Below are positions 47,663-58,892 of a stretch of 64,000 bases of DNA, one piece after another. The translations under genes and the position numbers were made by a program. The notes under the pieces are model-generated. The model searched no databases and was not told the DNA's origin. It was given only the letters and a program-made list of their open reading frames with translations. The stretch is from positions 1,488,001 through 1,552,000 of the forward strand of contig OZ287068.1 in NCBI GenBank assembly GCA_965645245.1. Reading direction: 5' to 3'. Numbering within the stretch: the first letter of the stretch is position 1; every line of letters begins with the position of its first letter. This DNA comes from Massalongia carnosa. Lineage: Eukaryota.

Positions 47663-50600
47663 ATGACCTTTTATACCCTCCGAAGTCGTTCCGTAGGCGC
47701 CCAACCCTCGGAGTCTGAACTGGAGCCAGAGGCCCAACATCCTAGTATAGGGATTGTGGTAGACAGCCAGATGGACATCGGGCCAGACATCGGCACCGTG
47801 TCGGGCTTAACTGACTCAAGCCTAAGCATTCCTTCTCCTGGGGTAACGTTAACCAAGGAGCAGATGCAAGCGCGTATAGATACCATCATGGCAAAGAAAG
47901 CTGAGGCTCACCTTAGCCGTCAGCTTGCCATCATGGAGCAAGAAGAACAGGACGGTTTTCCTCTCGTTGATACCAGTCCAATGACGTTGTCTCACCGGGG
48001 CCGCAGCAGCAGGTTGCCGTCCAGCGAAGAGATACTCGAGAAGAAGCTAGAGAACAATCGAAAGGTTGAGGCTCGGCTGAACTTCATCAAGGTAGATCTG
48101 TACACAGCTGACACGTATGCTAAATGTGTCATCTTTATAGCCCAGTGTCTCCAGGCTTTTCAGCAAAAGCCTGCCACATGATAGGGCCAAGGGACAGATC
48201 CTTTTCGCCAAAGCCTTCAAGCGAGGAGACGTCGTTATCAAGTGGCAGACCCACGAGGAAGCGGTAGGACTCGATAATATTACCTGGGAAACATACGTTA
48301 CATGGTTGAGAGACGATGTATGGCCGCTACACCTCCGAATTCATGACGGATTCTTGAAGTACCGCTCAGTGCAACAACGGGAAGGACAAACCGTTGCCCA
48401 GCTAATCGCGTACATCAGGAGCATAGAAGACATCCTACCCCCACAAGAGTCATCCATGAGAATGAACACACTCCTAGGAGCTCTGAAGCCTACCCTCCGG
48501 GAAGAAATAATTAAGCACAACTCTTCGGTAACCACCCGGGAACTCCTTGAACCCTTAGCTCAGAAGCTCGAGGCCATTGACAACAACTATAACCGTACCA
48601 AGGCGAATGGCCGAAGAGAGGCACCATCGCGACCCACACGGGATAGCGACGCCACATCTGGATGGAACGTCTGGAAATCGGACTCGGGGAATGATTACCG
48701 ATCTGGCTTTCATCAAACCCCTACTCATGACAAGAGGAACAAGGACGGTTTCCATCAAGGTCAGCGTCGCAAGAGGTCCGTATCTTCCCGTCGCACATAT
48801 AACGAGGGAGGAAAGTATAATCGACACGGATCAAACGGTAAGGAGCCTATGAGGTCCTTCAATCGTGACAGGACAGATCCGGGCCGTCAGCGGGAACGCC
48901 GTGGCAACAATGGTAACAACGACAGTACCATCAAGTGCTATAACTGCGGCGATTACGGCCACATGGCAAAGACTTATCTCAAACCCAATAATCCAAAGAT
49001 GGAGGGAAACGGCAGGGGCCAGTAGACATCGCAACCCTTCTATTGACCCGTTCTGCTAGGGGGCAAAATGTCAGCCACATAGTGACGCCGGTTACTATGA
49101 TATGCGGTAAGTTCAAGTTGACGGTAAGAGGTCTCATAGATTGTGGTGCAACTTTGAACTTTATCACCCAGATCCTAATTAAGAGGTTGGGTTGTGAGCC
49201 TGGCGTTGATCTCCCGCATGGGGTTCGGACCATTGACGGTACTGCGCTCAGGACCTATCAACTTCATACTTTGTACGCCAAAGTTGTGGACTCGATAGAG
49301 AATGAGCGTGTTACCAAGGCGGACTTCATCGCAGCAGACTTCGCTGGATTCGATGTTATTCTGGGCCTACCATGGCTAATACGGGAAGATCCCGAGATAG
49401 CATGGGGTCAGCGGAAGTGGTGGTATCGGCTAGGGCCTGCGTCGCCACCGATCCCACTTCCACCGTTGCAAAAAATACAGGTTCATAAACCCACAGAGTT
49501 GCCACCGGTACCTGGAAGTCATTTAATGAATGGACCCACGCTACCGAAAGGGCGGTACAAGCTCGTGAGGCAAAGAGCCTTGGCCAAAAAGAAGAAAGCA
49601 ACTGCCCATACTTGCTCCGCTTAGGAGCCGTAGAAGTTCAGTCGGACGCTCTGTGAGTCCAGAGAAGAAGTCAGCGACATCGATCGTTGCAAAGAATGTA
49701 CAGTTGTCATCGGAGTCTTCTTTCGTGAACCCGAATAATGTACATGAGACCAAGAGAAGTCTTACTTCGGAAGATATCTTGATGAGTTCTTCTACTAGGA
49801 AAGAACCGTATAATGCGCGTGACGAACCCGTATCTATAAACATAGCATTACTTAGTGCAGAGGAGTTTGATGAATGTATCACAGAAGTTGGTGCTTATCT
49901 CTTTGCCATCGAAGTAACGGATGTGACCCGTGATAGTCCCGTACTCGGTGCGACCGTTGAAGTCATTCTTCCTGAGGAGTATCAAGACTTCCTCGATGTC
50001 TTTTCTGAAGAGAAAGCAAACAAGCTTCCCGCTCATGCATCTCATGATCATGCAATAGAAACGGAAGGTAGTCAACCCCCGTACGGGCCTATCTATCCTC
50101 TTTCCATTGTAGAATTAGAGGTCTTGAGAAAGTACATAGACGAGCACCTCGCGAAAGGCTTCATCACCCCATCCGTGTCTCCAGCGGGAGCACCCATACT
50201 CTTTGTAAAGAAGAGCGATGGAGAGTTGCGTTTATGCGTAGACTATCGAGGACTAAACTCCAGCACCATTAAGAATCGACATCCTCTGCCTTTAATCGCA
50301 GAAGTATTAGATCGACTGGTGGGAGCAAAGTTCTTTACAAAGATAGACCTGCGTGCCGCATACAATCTGATACGCATCCGGGCAGGTAGCGAATGGAAGA
50401 CGGCGTTTAGAACCCGTTATGGACACTTCGAATATAAGGTCATGCCATTCGGACTAGCAAATGCCCCAGCGACATTTCAAGCATATATTAATAACACGCT
50501 GCGCGAGTTTCTTGATCTGTTCGCAATTGCATTCCTAGATGATATTCTCATCTTCTCGGAGACGTTCGATGAACATGTGGAACACGTACGAAAAGTACTC

Positions 50601-53401
50601 GAGAGGCTGCGGAAGTTCAAACTCTTCGCGAAGCTATCGAAGTGCGAGAAACCCTGTTCCTTGGGTTCTTAGTAGGCGCGGATGGAATTTCTATGGACCC
50701 CAGCCGCGTCGAGACTATTCGGAGCTGGCCTGAACCGGGAACACATAGAGACGTGCAGGTCTTTTTAGGCTTTGCCAATTTCTATCGCAGATTCATCGAG
50801 GCGTTTGCCCGCATAGTATCCGCACTCTCCGATCTGTTGAAAGGGAGTACGGAAGGAAAATTTACAACCAAATTTATCCTAACAGAAGAGGGTCGAAAGG
50901 CTTTTCACCGTCTAAAGGCCGCGTTTATGACGGCACCCATGCTTCGTCATTTCGATCTCAGTCTGAAGATAAGGATTGAAACGGACGCATCGGGATTTGC
51001 TGTCTCTGCGATCATTACTCAATTAAATCCAGAGACAGGACAATGGCATCCTATTGCATACTGGTCTAGGAAAATGCCTGATCCTGAGAGAAATTACGGC
51101 TTCGGCGAAGCCGAAATGCTGGCCATCGTAGGAGCGTGCCGGCAGTGGAGACACTACGTAGAAGGCGCGGCTCATCCTATTGAAGTCATTACCGACCATG
51201 CAAACTTGAGAACTTTTCTTACTAGCAAAAATCTCAATAGAAGAGAGGCTAGGTGATGGGAGAGACTCTCCGGCCTAGATCTTCAAATAATATACCGCCC
51301 GGGGAAACTCAATCCTGCGGATGCGCCCTCCCGACGGAGCGACTACGCCCCTCTCGGTGAGGCAGAGACGCTTCTGGCCACGCTGTCAGGAAGCAGTCAA
51401 ACAATAATTATTCCATCCCTTAATACAGGGGGAGGAGCCTTGCTGACCGCAACAAGCAGGCCCCATCCTAAGCCCGGCATCGTATCGGAGGAACTGCTTA
51501 GGAACGGTGCTCAAACACCGTGGGATATATCCCGAAGCGCATTTGCCTCGTTAGTTCCGAAGGAAGGATCTTCTGTGCCTTCTGCGGGCACTACACGGAG
51601 TCCTTCCGAACTCACAACGAGAAGAGATTCCAGTCTTAAGGGAGAAAATTCCACTACCCTGACTGATCTTCGCGAGCCCGCTGAGGAAGCGTGGTCGTTC
51701 CAGCTCGCGGACGTTGCAGGACCGCAGACCCTGGCGTCAAAAGATACTGTGAAAGAAGTAACTCAGTATGAAACGGCCTATGCTGTGCCCTCTTTAGAAT
51801 TGCGCACCGTTTTACAAATCTTATAGGAGGCTGATCACCTTGTGCAGGAAAAACGGCCCCTCACCGCACAGTCGGAGTTGTGGGAGCGTGAGGACAGAGA
51901 GAGTACGGACGATAGACTGGTAAGAAGAGACTCTGTGCAAAGCGACACACCGCCGGCCCAGCTCAGGCAACCCGAAGGTGCAGAGACGGCTAGGCAAAAA
52001 TATGTTAACTCCATGACCAAAAGAAAGTGGCATATGGATGGAGAACTCTTATGTTATAATGAGAAATGGTATGTTCCTGCTGGTCTTTTGAGAAGACGCT
52101 TACTTGAACGTAATCATGACGATCCCTTTGCGGGCCATTTCGGATTCGATAGAACTCTTGACTTGATAAGAAGAAAGTATTATTGGCCAGGTATGTACAA
52201 AGACGTAAAGCATTATGTCGAGACGTGCGCAAAATGTCATCGGGCAAAAGCCGTAAGGCACAAGCCCTGGGGACAATTATCTTCCCTTCCCCTTCCTAGA
52301 GCCCCATTCAGTGATATGACAATGGACTTTATCACCGATCTTCCGCTCAGCCTGCGGAGAGGCCTCGTATCAGACTCGATACTTGTGGCCGTCGATCGTT
52401 ATACAAAGTTCGCCATTTATATTCCCTCAAGAATGGACTGGTCAGCCGAAATAATGGCCGATGCTGTGTTTGACCTAATCTATGGTCAGCATGGAATGCC
52501 TGAGAATTGGGTCACTGACAGAGGCAGTCTGTTTACCTCTCATTTCTGGGAAACTTTTTGCGCACACCTGTCGATACTGTGCCGCTACAGCAGCGCGTTT
52601 CACCCGCACTGACGGGCAGACAGAAAGACAAAATCAGACCTTGGAACAATATCTTCGTACCTTTGTCAATTATCAGCAAGATGACTGGGCACAATGGTTA
52701 ATTGTTGCTGCATTTGCTTACAATAATAGCGTTCACACGACTACCGGGGTGAGTCCATTCTTCGCCGCCTATGGCCGTCATCCCAGATGGGAAGAAGAAA
52801 TCAAGGACGTAAATACAGACATCCCGGCGGCCAGGGTGCGGGCAGAGGGACTCACAGAGATGAGACGCATGCTCGAAGCAAGATGGAAATCCATCATGGA
52901 GAAACAAGCCAAGAATTATGACAAAAAACATGTCCCTCACAACTTCAACAAAGGAGAAAAGGTATGGTTGAATGGAAAGAACATCCGCACCATTAGACCT
53001 TCCAAGAAGTTGGACTTCAAATTCTTTGGGCCTTGTGAAATCATAGGTAAGCAGGCGTACAGGTTCCGGCTTCCCACCACAGCGAAAGGCATACATGATG
53101 TTTTTCATGTGTCTCTATTGGAACCTTATAAGGTATCCGCCGATAGAGAAGAGCCTCAGCCGCCGCCAATGGAAGTTGACGGCGAAGAACAATGGGAAAT
53201 AGAAGATGTACTAGACAGCCGCTTCTATTATGGGAAAATAAAATACTTAGTAAAGTGGTTGGGTTACCTAGATACGGATAACTAGTGGCTACCGGTCGGG
53301 GAAATGGAGGGAGCAAGAGAATTGACCTCGTCGTTTCATGAGAGGTATCCAAATAAACCACCAAGCGGTGGGCCACCCAAGAAACGACGACGACTCAACT
53401 A
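47663..53401 (+). pseudogene. Gypsy gag and pol (PR, RT, RNase H, IN, chromodomain) with several stops and frameshifts
   Basis: CYNCGDYGHMAKTY (decayed CCHC), [66 protein letters not shown]. Confidence 0.92.
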
Positions 53402-53665
53402 AGATGCAGACTCACTTCAGGTCACAATCAATCAAGCTTAAAGCGAGCAATGATGGAAAGTAAGATTGTTGATGTTACTTGGAAGAAGATTCTACGGGGA
53501 AGCGGGGTAACAACACTTGTACGTCTGGCGCGAAATGGCGCACAGTCCGGCTCAAAAAAAGCGGAGTTGTTACGAGAGTTAGGATTTTAGTCTTCCAAGA
53601 GTGAGGTTATTCCCAACTCGCGATAATGCGGCTCCTGAGGACAGTAGCCCTAAGGGGAGGCCTAT

Positions 53666-53988
53666 TGTTACAGCGCCGCCGTATAAGGCTGATTATTACT
53701 AAGCCTGATGACTCAGCGGTACTGAACACAGTCATACTATAGTCAGATCAAGCGATGACTAATGGGACGGGACAGAAGGTCTGAGCCCACGGAGAAACGT
53801 CAGCCCTTAGTTGGCATAGTTGGCAGAGTACTGAAGAAACTCGACCTCGACTATTCCTACTGATCTATATAATGTGGTTTTAGGCCCACCTAGATAGATC
53901 ATCTTACAATTTAACTACGAAGTACTCCGTACTGAATTGTTCTACTCTTAACCTACTACACTACTCCTAGTCCAGAGTCACTCTTACA
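53666..53988 (+). repeat. 3' LTR (323 bp) of Gypsy element 2
   Basis: Direct repeat of 47320-47582. Confidence 0.96.
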
Positions 53989-54974
53989 TCTACCATCGCA
54001 TACTACGCACCGGTTGCAACCTAAAGATGTTTCATTGTTTGCACCCCTGGCCCGATATTATACGAATGGCCTCAATAATATGATATTTAACTTATTGGGC
54101 TCAGTGAACATATCAAAAAGAGTCTTCTGGGGTGGTTTTTGGCCTGCCTGGCAGAAGGCCTTCAATGAAAAGAACATAATCTCTGGGTTTGAGAAGAAAG
54201 GCATATAGCTGTAAAATCCAAATATCCTACTAGATAAAATCACAAAAGCGCCTTCACCAGAGGAGAAACCTAACGTCACACAAGTACCCAAGACACCTAT
54301 GACGGGACGGGCGGTTCATCGCATACAAAAAGCCTACGTAAAAGAGCCAAATAGAGTTTTGTTGTCTATAAGATATTTGCTGCAAATGAGCGTCTCGCAG
54401 CTAATCGTTCTATTGATCAACACGTAATTAGGGGCCTATGCGAGGCATTTAAAGAGGAAAAGAAACGACGAAATCGTGGTAAACGCCTGAATTTGCTAGG
54501 TAAAGAAGATTCTGGGCCTCAATTATTCAGTCCGGGTAGGGTGGCAGCGGCCAGAGCCTATCAGGCTTCAAAAGATGATTAAAAGACACGACGGCAACAG
54601 GATCTCGCTGAAAAACGGGCACAATTAGTTTTCAACAAGTCGCTAAAGGAAAAGAAAAGCAAGAACGGGCCCTAGTTGGTATAGAAAAAAAACTATTGAT
54701 CGAGGAGGCGAGGCAGGCTAAAGCGGTCGAAATGTACGCCCAAAACGAATTGAAAAACGCAAGTACTAGGCCTTCTAATTTATCGATGAGGTTGAAACCG
54801 ATATCTACAGGGCCAAAGCAGGTACTAAAGTGCCAAAAGCAGTCCCAGGAGCAAAGTGATAATATCTGTGACGGTTCGACCATGCGTGGTGAGGACGGCA
54901 GCCCCAACAGCGAACATAGCAGGAGTCCCAGTTATAGTAGAATAGAGCTTAGTCTACGGACTAAGTATTGTGCC

Positions 54975-55339
54975 TACGCCGCGCAACGGGTCGGGTTGGG
55001 GAACCTGTAGGGCTCAACCCGCTGGGTTGGGGAACCGTTCCCGGGTTAACCCGTTTGACCCGTTCGACCCGGTCGATTATTTATGTCATTTTTTTAACAT
55101 GTTTTTTAGACGTTTTAAACACAATTGAGAGATCTGAAAATTAGTCATCAAGAAATGATGATTAGTAAGCAGAATTTTTATCAGTTTAAACGTTATATTT
55201 TCGGCAAATTTTTTTATTTTATTTGCAGAAAAAACTGACCGGGTTGAACGGTTTAACCTGGAAACCCGTATAAATAACCCGAACCCGTCGGGTCGGGTTC
55301 GAGGGAGTCCAACCCGACCCAAACCCGTTGCGCGGCGTA
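54975..55339. mobile_element. hAT-type MITE copy 2 (365 bp), inverted relative to copy 1
   Basis: Same 16-bp TIR; flanks ATTGTGCC / ATTGTGTT (6 of 8 match). Confidence 0.9.
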
Positions 55340-56059
55340 ATTGTGTTTTTTAGTCGGGAGGACAGGTAGCACATTGGTAGAAATCTATTCACTATTTCGC
55401 TTCGTCACAATATAGAGGTATTTAGAGGAGTAGCAATGATAATTTCTCGTATACCTAGAGGGAGGTACGAAAGCCAAATTATTTTGGCGAATAGAAATTT
55501 TCTGTATACATCAAATTGGAAACTTTTTATATGTTATGATCTATCTAGAGACAAGTTTTAGGGACACTAGAAACGAATACAATAAAGATAAAGAAGGAAA
55601 AAGACAATTGACGACAAGAACTTGCCTCTATATATCTACTATTGCGCTGTAAAGGGATAAACTGGGTGGTGGCGAACGATAGAAGGATGGAACAAACCAA
55701 CAAATAACCGAATCAACAGAGCCTCACTGCATCGATAAATGAATCGTCATGCCCATCAATGGCCGACTAGCAGTATGAATGAAAGTGTCCATGATAGCTT
55801 TGTGTGTTGATAGCAGTATGATCCGAAGATAGATATCCCGAAAGATGAGAAGGAAAGTGCGAGAAAAAGACTCATATAACCGGAACGCCAAGACACCAGC
55901 ACCCGACCACATGACCAATTACCTGACTTACCACCTGACTTGCCACCAACCCGGTGGAGTTCCACTCTACCCCTCTACAGCGCTAGTACCCATGTGGTAT
56001 TAGCGTGGTAGAATCTTCTAGTATCTGCAAAAATCGAAGATACGGGAACGAAATCGTAA

Positions 56060-56168
56060 TACGCCGCGCAACGGGTCGGGTTGGGTCGGGTTTTGACTAG
56101 TCGAGCCCGACCCGCTACTGGGTTGGGGAACCGTTCCCGGGTTAACCCGTTTGACCCGTTCGACCCAG
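56060..56168. mobile_element. hAT-type element end, copy 3 (one terminus only in window)
   Basis: TACGCCGCGCAACGGGTCGGGTTGGGTCGGGTTTTGACTAGTCG matches the reverse complement of the copy 1 right end, then diverges at ~56168. Confidence 0.85.
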
Positions 56169-57288
56169 TTTAAATTCAAAAATTTACAGAGACACCGCAC
56201 TGAAGCAGCAACAGTACCGTCGATTTTGATACTCTGAAACTTTCGCATTAGATTCTACCCATCTTTCTCATTCATTTGAGCTCCTCGTGAGCAAAAACGC
56301 ACCAGAATTGGGTACGGTAGAGCTCCTTCAAGGCTCCTGCAGAGTTTTTCTGCTAGTCGCATCCATCCAACTCACTCCAAAAAACGCCTAAAATTTACAA
56401 AAAACAAAAAACATCTACAATTCCATCAAAAATCGCTCAATCTTCGATATCTCTTCGATTTTATTGTCGTATAGACCTCAGTTATTATCACCGAAATCAT
56501 CAATAAAAATTTCTCACTATCGCGTTACTGTACACCTGTTGTCGTCGCGTCAAAATCTTTGAAGTTCATTTTCATATTTAAGGTTTCTAGTACGTGCACA
56601 AGCAGTATATTTCTTGCATATTCAGTGCATATTTCGTGCATAAGTTTATTTTAGGTTTTCTTGTTCATCATCGAACGGCCAGACCAACAATCTACTTTCG
56701 GACATCTATTCCTAAACATTGGACGGCCCGCTGAAAGGAAGAGGAAAAAGTCTGGAATAGGGTTACGCCAAAGGCCCTGTTTCAGGCTAATCAGAATAGG
56801 AGGTCCCTATTTTCTATATCGTACTTGATTTATTTTTGATTAAAAAACACTAAAATTATCCTATTTGATCAAAGTTTTTATTATTTTCAACTACCGTAGT
56901 GTCTGGTAAAGGTTTAAATCAGACTTACTGCCTAAGCGAGGAACGGTCTAATTTAACCCGATAAGGATTTATTTGACTTGTTATTGTCAATTAAATAGGG
57001 ATAGGAAAGAAAGAGTTATTTGACCAGTAAATCGGTGTAATATCTATTCTGACTAGTACGTCTAGGGAACGTCAGAATAAACTATTGGGTTGTGATAAAA
57101 TGGATATAGAAAAGGCATGTTCAACCAGGTAATCAACCCGGTAGCAGACTCGGCACTCCCTAGAACTAGGCGATTTTTGGCGAGACCACTCCCCCAAGGC
57201 CCCCCATCTAGAAATTTATCGGCCCGCCCAAGTACCCCCCCTATTCCTCCCCCCCCAAAACAACTCTCCCGCGCCATCTTCAGTAGCC

Positions 57289-57703
57289 ATGATAGGGAGC
57301 TCACCCCCATCCGACGAGTTTATAGAAGCTATAGACCAGTCAGGGAAATTTTCGTCCGCACCCTCCACACCGAACCCTAAAGCGAAAGTCTTCACTGCTC
57401 CATCTGGTAATTTTACTACCAATTTACCTATGCCGTCATTATATTCGAATATTGGACTAAGCCCGCCAATCAAACGCAATAAAATACGAACATTTGACGA
57501 GTATTCGATTGAAAATCAAGAAGTCATCAATCGAACGAAATCAATTCAACTACTTAATACGGCTAAAAATGCACTACTGGAGTCATTCGTACTAGATCAA
57601 AATCCCGAAACGGCTATTGTCATTGATAATTTTAATTCTCTACTGACAAAGAAATCAATCAAGCCTAAAGAAACACTGGAAATGATTGATTGGAAATTGA
57701 ATA
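57289..57703 (+). pseudogene. Possible N-terminus of a LINE (Tad-like) ORF1, truncated by the Tigger-like insertion
   Basis: Pro/Ser-rich then helical AT-rich ORF after a long AT-rich leader, cut exactly at the TA insertion site; family assignment is by resemblance only. Confidence 0.4.
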
Positions 57704-58892
57704 CAGTGAACCCTGGTTAAAACGAACCTTTTTCCAACGAATTCGGCTTATAACGAATTTTTTTCATGAATGAGCGATTCTTGTATGTAAAATAACGAAT
57801 GTCGGCCTATTGCGAATTCGTAAGCAATTTTAGAAAGTTTCTTAGTGATTCGCTATAACTAGACCTCGGCAATTACCCTTTTAGGATTAGCTGATAAAAA
57901 TTCTTGATACGTAGTACTACATGCTGCGCATCCTATCGATAGATAACATATCCTTTTAATAACCAACAACTCATCATGAATTCTTCCTCCAAAAAACGTC
58001 GTCGACCTATCACAGATGCAGAAAAACACGCACTTCGTCAGTATGTTCAGAATAATTTCGTTAAAAGACCTTTCGGCAAAGCTCTTCAAGTCTGGTTTGA
58101 AGCTGAATTCGGTCATACACCTTCGGAATCTACAATATCGGATATTCTTTCTCGAAAATACGATCGTTTAAATGAGAAGGAGATATTTCAACCTGATATC
58201 AAAAGATTGAAAGCTTCTTTTTGGCCGGATCTTGAAGCGGCTCTTTTCGAATGGCAACAACGAATGCAGACAAAGCAGGCGACTGTGACGGGAGAGTTAT
58301 TGAAGGAGATGGCAAAGAAAATCTGGACAAGACTTCCTCAATACTCTCATGAAGAAATGCCCAAATTTTCTAACGGTTGGCTAGATGCTTTTAAAGCTCG
58401 TCATTCCATCTCCTTTCGTATTCGACATGGAGAAGCGGCATCAGTTGACAAGGAGACAGTGGAAGAAAAATTGAGGGACTTGAGAATTAAGTTGGCTCCG
58501 TACGATCAAGACGATGTATACAACATGGATGAGGCTGCATTGTATTGGAAGATGAATCCGAATGGAACGTTGGCTACAGCTTCATCTGCTGGATTGAAGC
58601 TTGAGAAAGCTAGAATAACCGTTAATTTTTGCGTTAATGCAACGGGCACTCATAAACTTCCACTTTTGTTCATTGGTACGGCAAAAACACCTCGCTGTTT
58701 TACGCGTGAGGGGATCAACGTTAGCAACCTGAATATGCTATGGCGAAGCAATAGAAAGGCATGGATAACGGGAGTATTATTTAAAGAGTATTTGCAATAG
58801 TTTAGTCGTCAAACAAATCGCAAAGTAGTCTTGCTAGTCGATGGATTTTCAGCTCATGTTGCTGGCTATCGTTAGTATTCAGAATCAAATCC
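57704..58892 (+). mobile_element. Tigger/CENP-B-like pogo DNA transposon, 5' part; transposase from 57976, stop at 58798, interrupted by a LINE
   Basis: TA|CAGTGAACCCT terminus; WPDLEAALFEW, FSNGWLDAFKARH, RHGEAAS, YNMDEAALYW, then *FSRQTNRKVVLLVDGFSAH. Confidence 0.88.

Larger units (their letters stand above)
47320..53988 (+). mobile_element. Full-length Ty3/Gypsy chromovirus LTR retrotransposon (second family)
   Basis: LTRs 47320-47582 and 53666-53988 (TG...CA), 5-bp TSD TCTAC (47315-47319, 53989-53993), PPT AAGGGGAGG before the 3' LTR. Confidence 0.98.
45508..54900 (+). pseudogene. pogo/Fot1 transposase with an intron (46400-46471), fragmented by a hAT MITE, an LTR-like insert and Gypsy element 2; TIRs not confidently located
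   Basis: MNNTTTTAPIDQAIANL..AKKFGLVESTLRRRWKG (psq), YNWDEKGF, CICANGTALPPALIY, INDHSSH, and IL|LPSHTTHRLQPKDVSLFAPL rejoined across the Gypsy TSD. Confidence 0.85.

Noticed and set aside
57976..58800. Domesticated CENP-B/Abp1-like host gene
   Set aside because: Preceded by a TA|CAGT transposon terminus, has a premature stop before the second catalytic D and is interrupted by a LINE
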